Of a stretch of DNA of 32,000 nt, positions 31,706 through 32,000 are shown in pieces. This DNA is from Pyrodictium abyssi (GTDB taxonomy: Archaea > Thermoproteota > Thermoprotei_A > Sulfolobales > Pyrodictiaceae). Under the pieces are notes generated by a model. The model had not been told where the DNA came from and did no database searches. It was given only the letters and a program-made list of their open reading frames with translations. Both the position numbers and the translations under genes were made by a program. The DNA is taken from the NCBI RefSeq assembly GCF_036323395.1, contig NZ_AP028907.1:960001-992000 (forward strand), read 5' to 3'. Position 1 is the first letter of the stretch; every line of letters starts with the position of its first letter.

Positions 31706-32000
31706 CACAGCGGCGCCGCGACAGAGAGGATATTCGCTAGCATCTGCGACATAACTTAACAGTGAGTGGAGAGGCCGGTCAGAGCATCAGGCGGCATCGC
31801 GGAAGGGAACTGGTAGTAGCCTAGGCCCCTGGAGAAGGGGGAGAGATGCTCCGAACACTCGAAGAAGACCGCGGGCTCTACCGGCCCTCATGGGGCTCAT
31901 AGGTTACTGCAAGGGGTCCAAGCGTCGGGTTCACTGTGACACCGAGGATTTCGTCTACTATCCCCAGCCGCAGTCGAGGTTAATCTCGTAGTATGCGGCG

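Noticed and set aside
31958-32000. Possible 3' end of a minus-strand gene (...AAYYEINLDCGWG-stop) at the right window edge
   Set aside because: Only 14 codons are visible and another frame is also open, so neither a gene nor a product can be supported.

Overview
The window looks like a chromosomal segment of a hyperthermophilic crenarchaeon (Thermoproteota, Desulfurococcales-like). Supporting evidence: a Cren7 chromatin protein gene, archaeal-type tRNAs (one with a 58-nt intron at 37/38), TFE, aMBF1, PAN, aTrm56, Taw3 and TmcA. Coding density is very high, with many 4-90 nt gene overlaps, and nearly all genes are housekeeping.

Gene content from left to right:
- a lactate/glycolate-type oxidation module (GlcD-like FAD enzyme, ferredoxin, CCG protein, LUD protein)
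- tRNA-Asn, tRNA-Met(CAU), Cren7, tRNA-Trp and SAH hydrolase
- an RHH/coiled-coil orphan and a small SPOUT-like protein
- a co-directional string MBF1-HflX-Trm56-TFE-C5 DNA methyltransferase
- PAN, then a PhoH-KH / HExxH protein / YkgJ string, then Taw3
- five consecutive CBS-domain-only genes
- Mut7-C, a DedA-like membrane protein, an orphan secreted protein, TmcA and an M42 peptidase
- a complete biotin-dependent acyl-CoA carboxylase (carboxyltransferase, BCCP, biotin carboxylase) next to its biotin ligase

I saw no CRISPR array, transposase, integrase or rRNA.

The most unusual items are:
- the 5-gene, 18-motif CBS array, which sits in a low-GC trough
- the PhoH-KH + small HExxH metalloprotein pairing, which resembles bacterial YbeZ-YbeY
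- an apparently orphan m5C DNA methyltransferase that overlaps the 3' end of tfe
- a perfect 12-bp leader/trailer complementarity around the intron-containing tRNA-Trp
- a sharp compositional contrast (single-line hand counts about 45% vs 85% GC) within the window

All functional calls come from motifs I recognised by eye, not from database searches.
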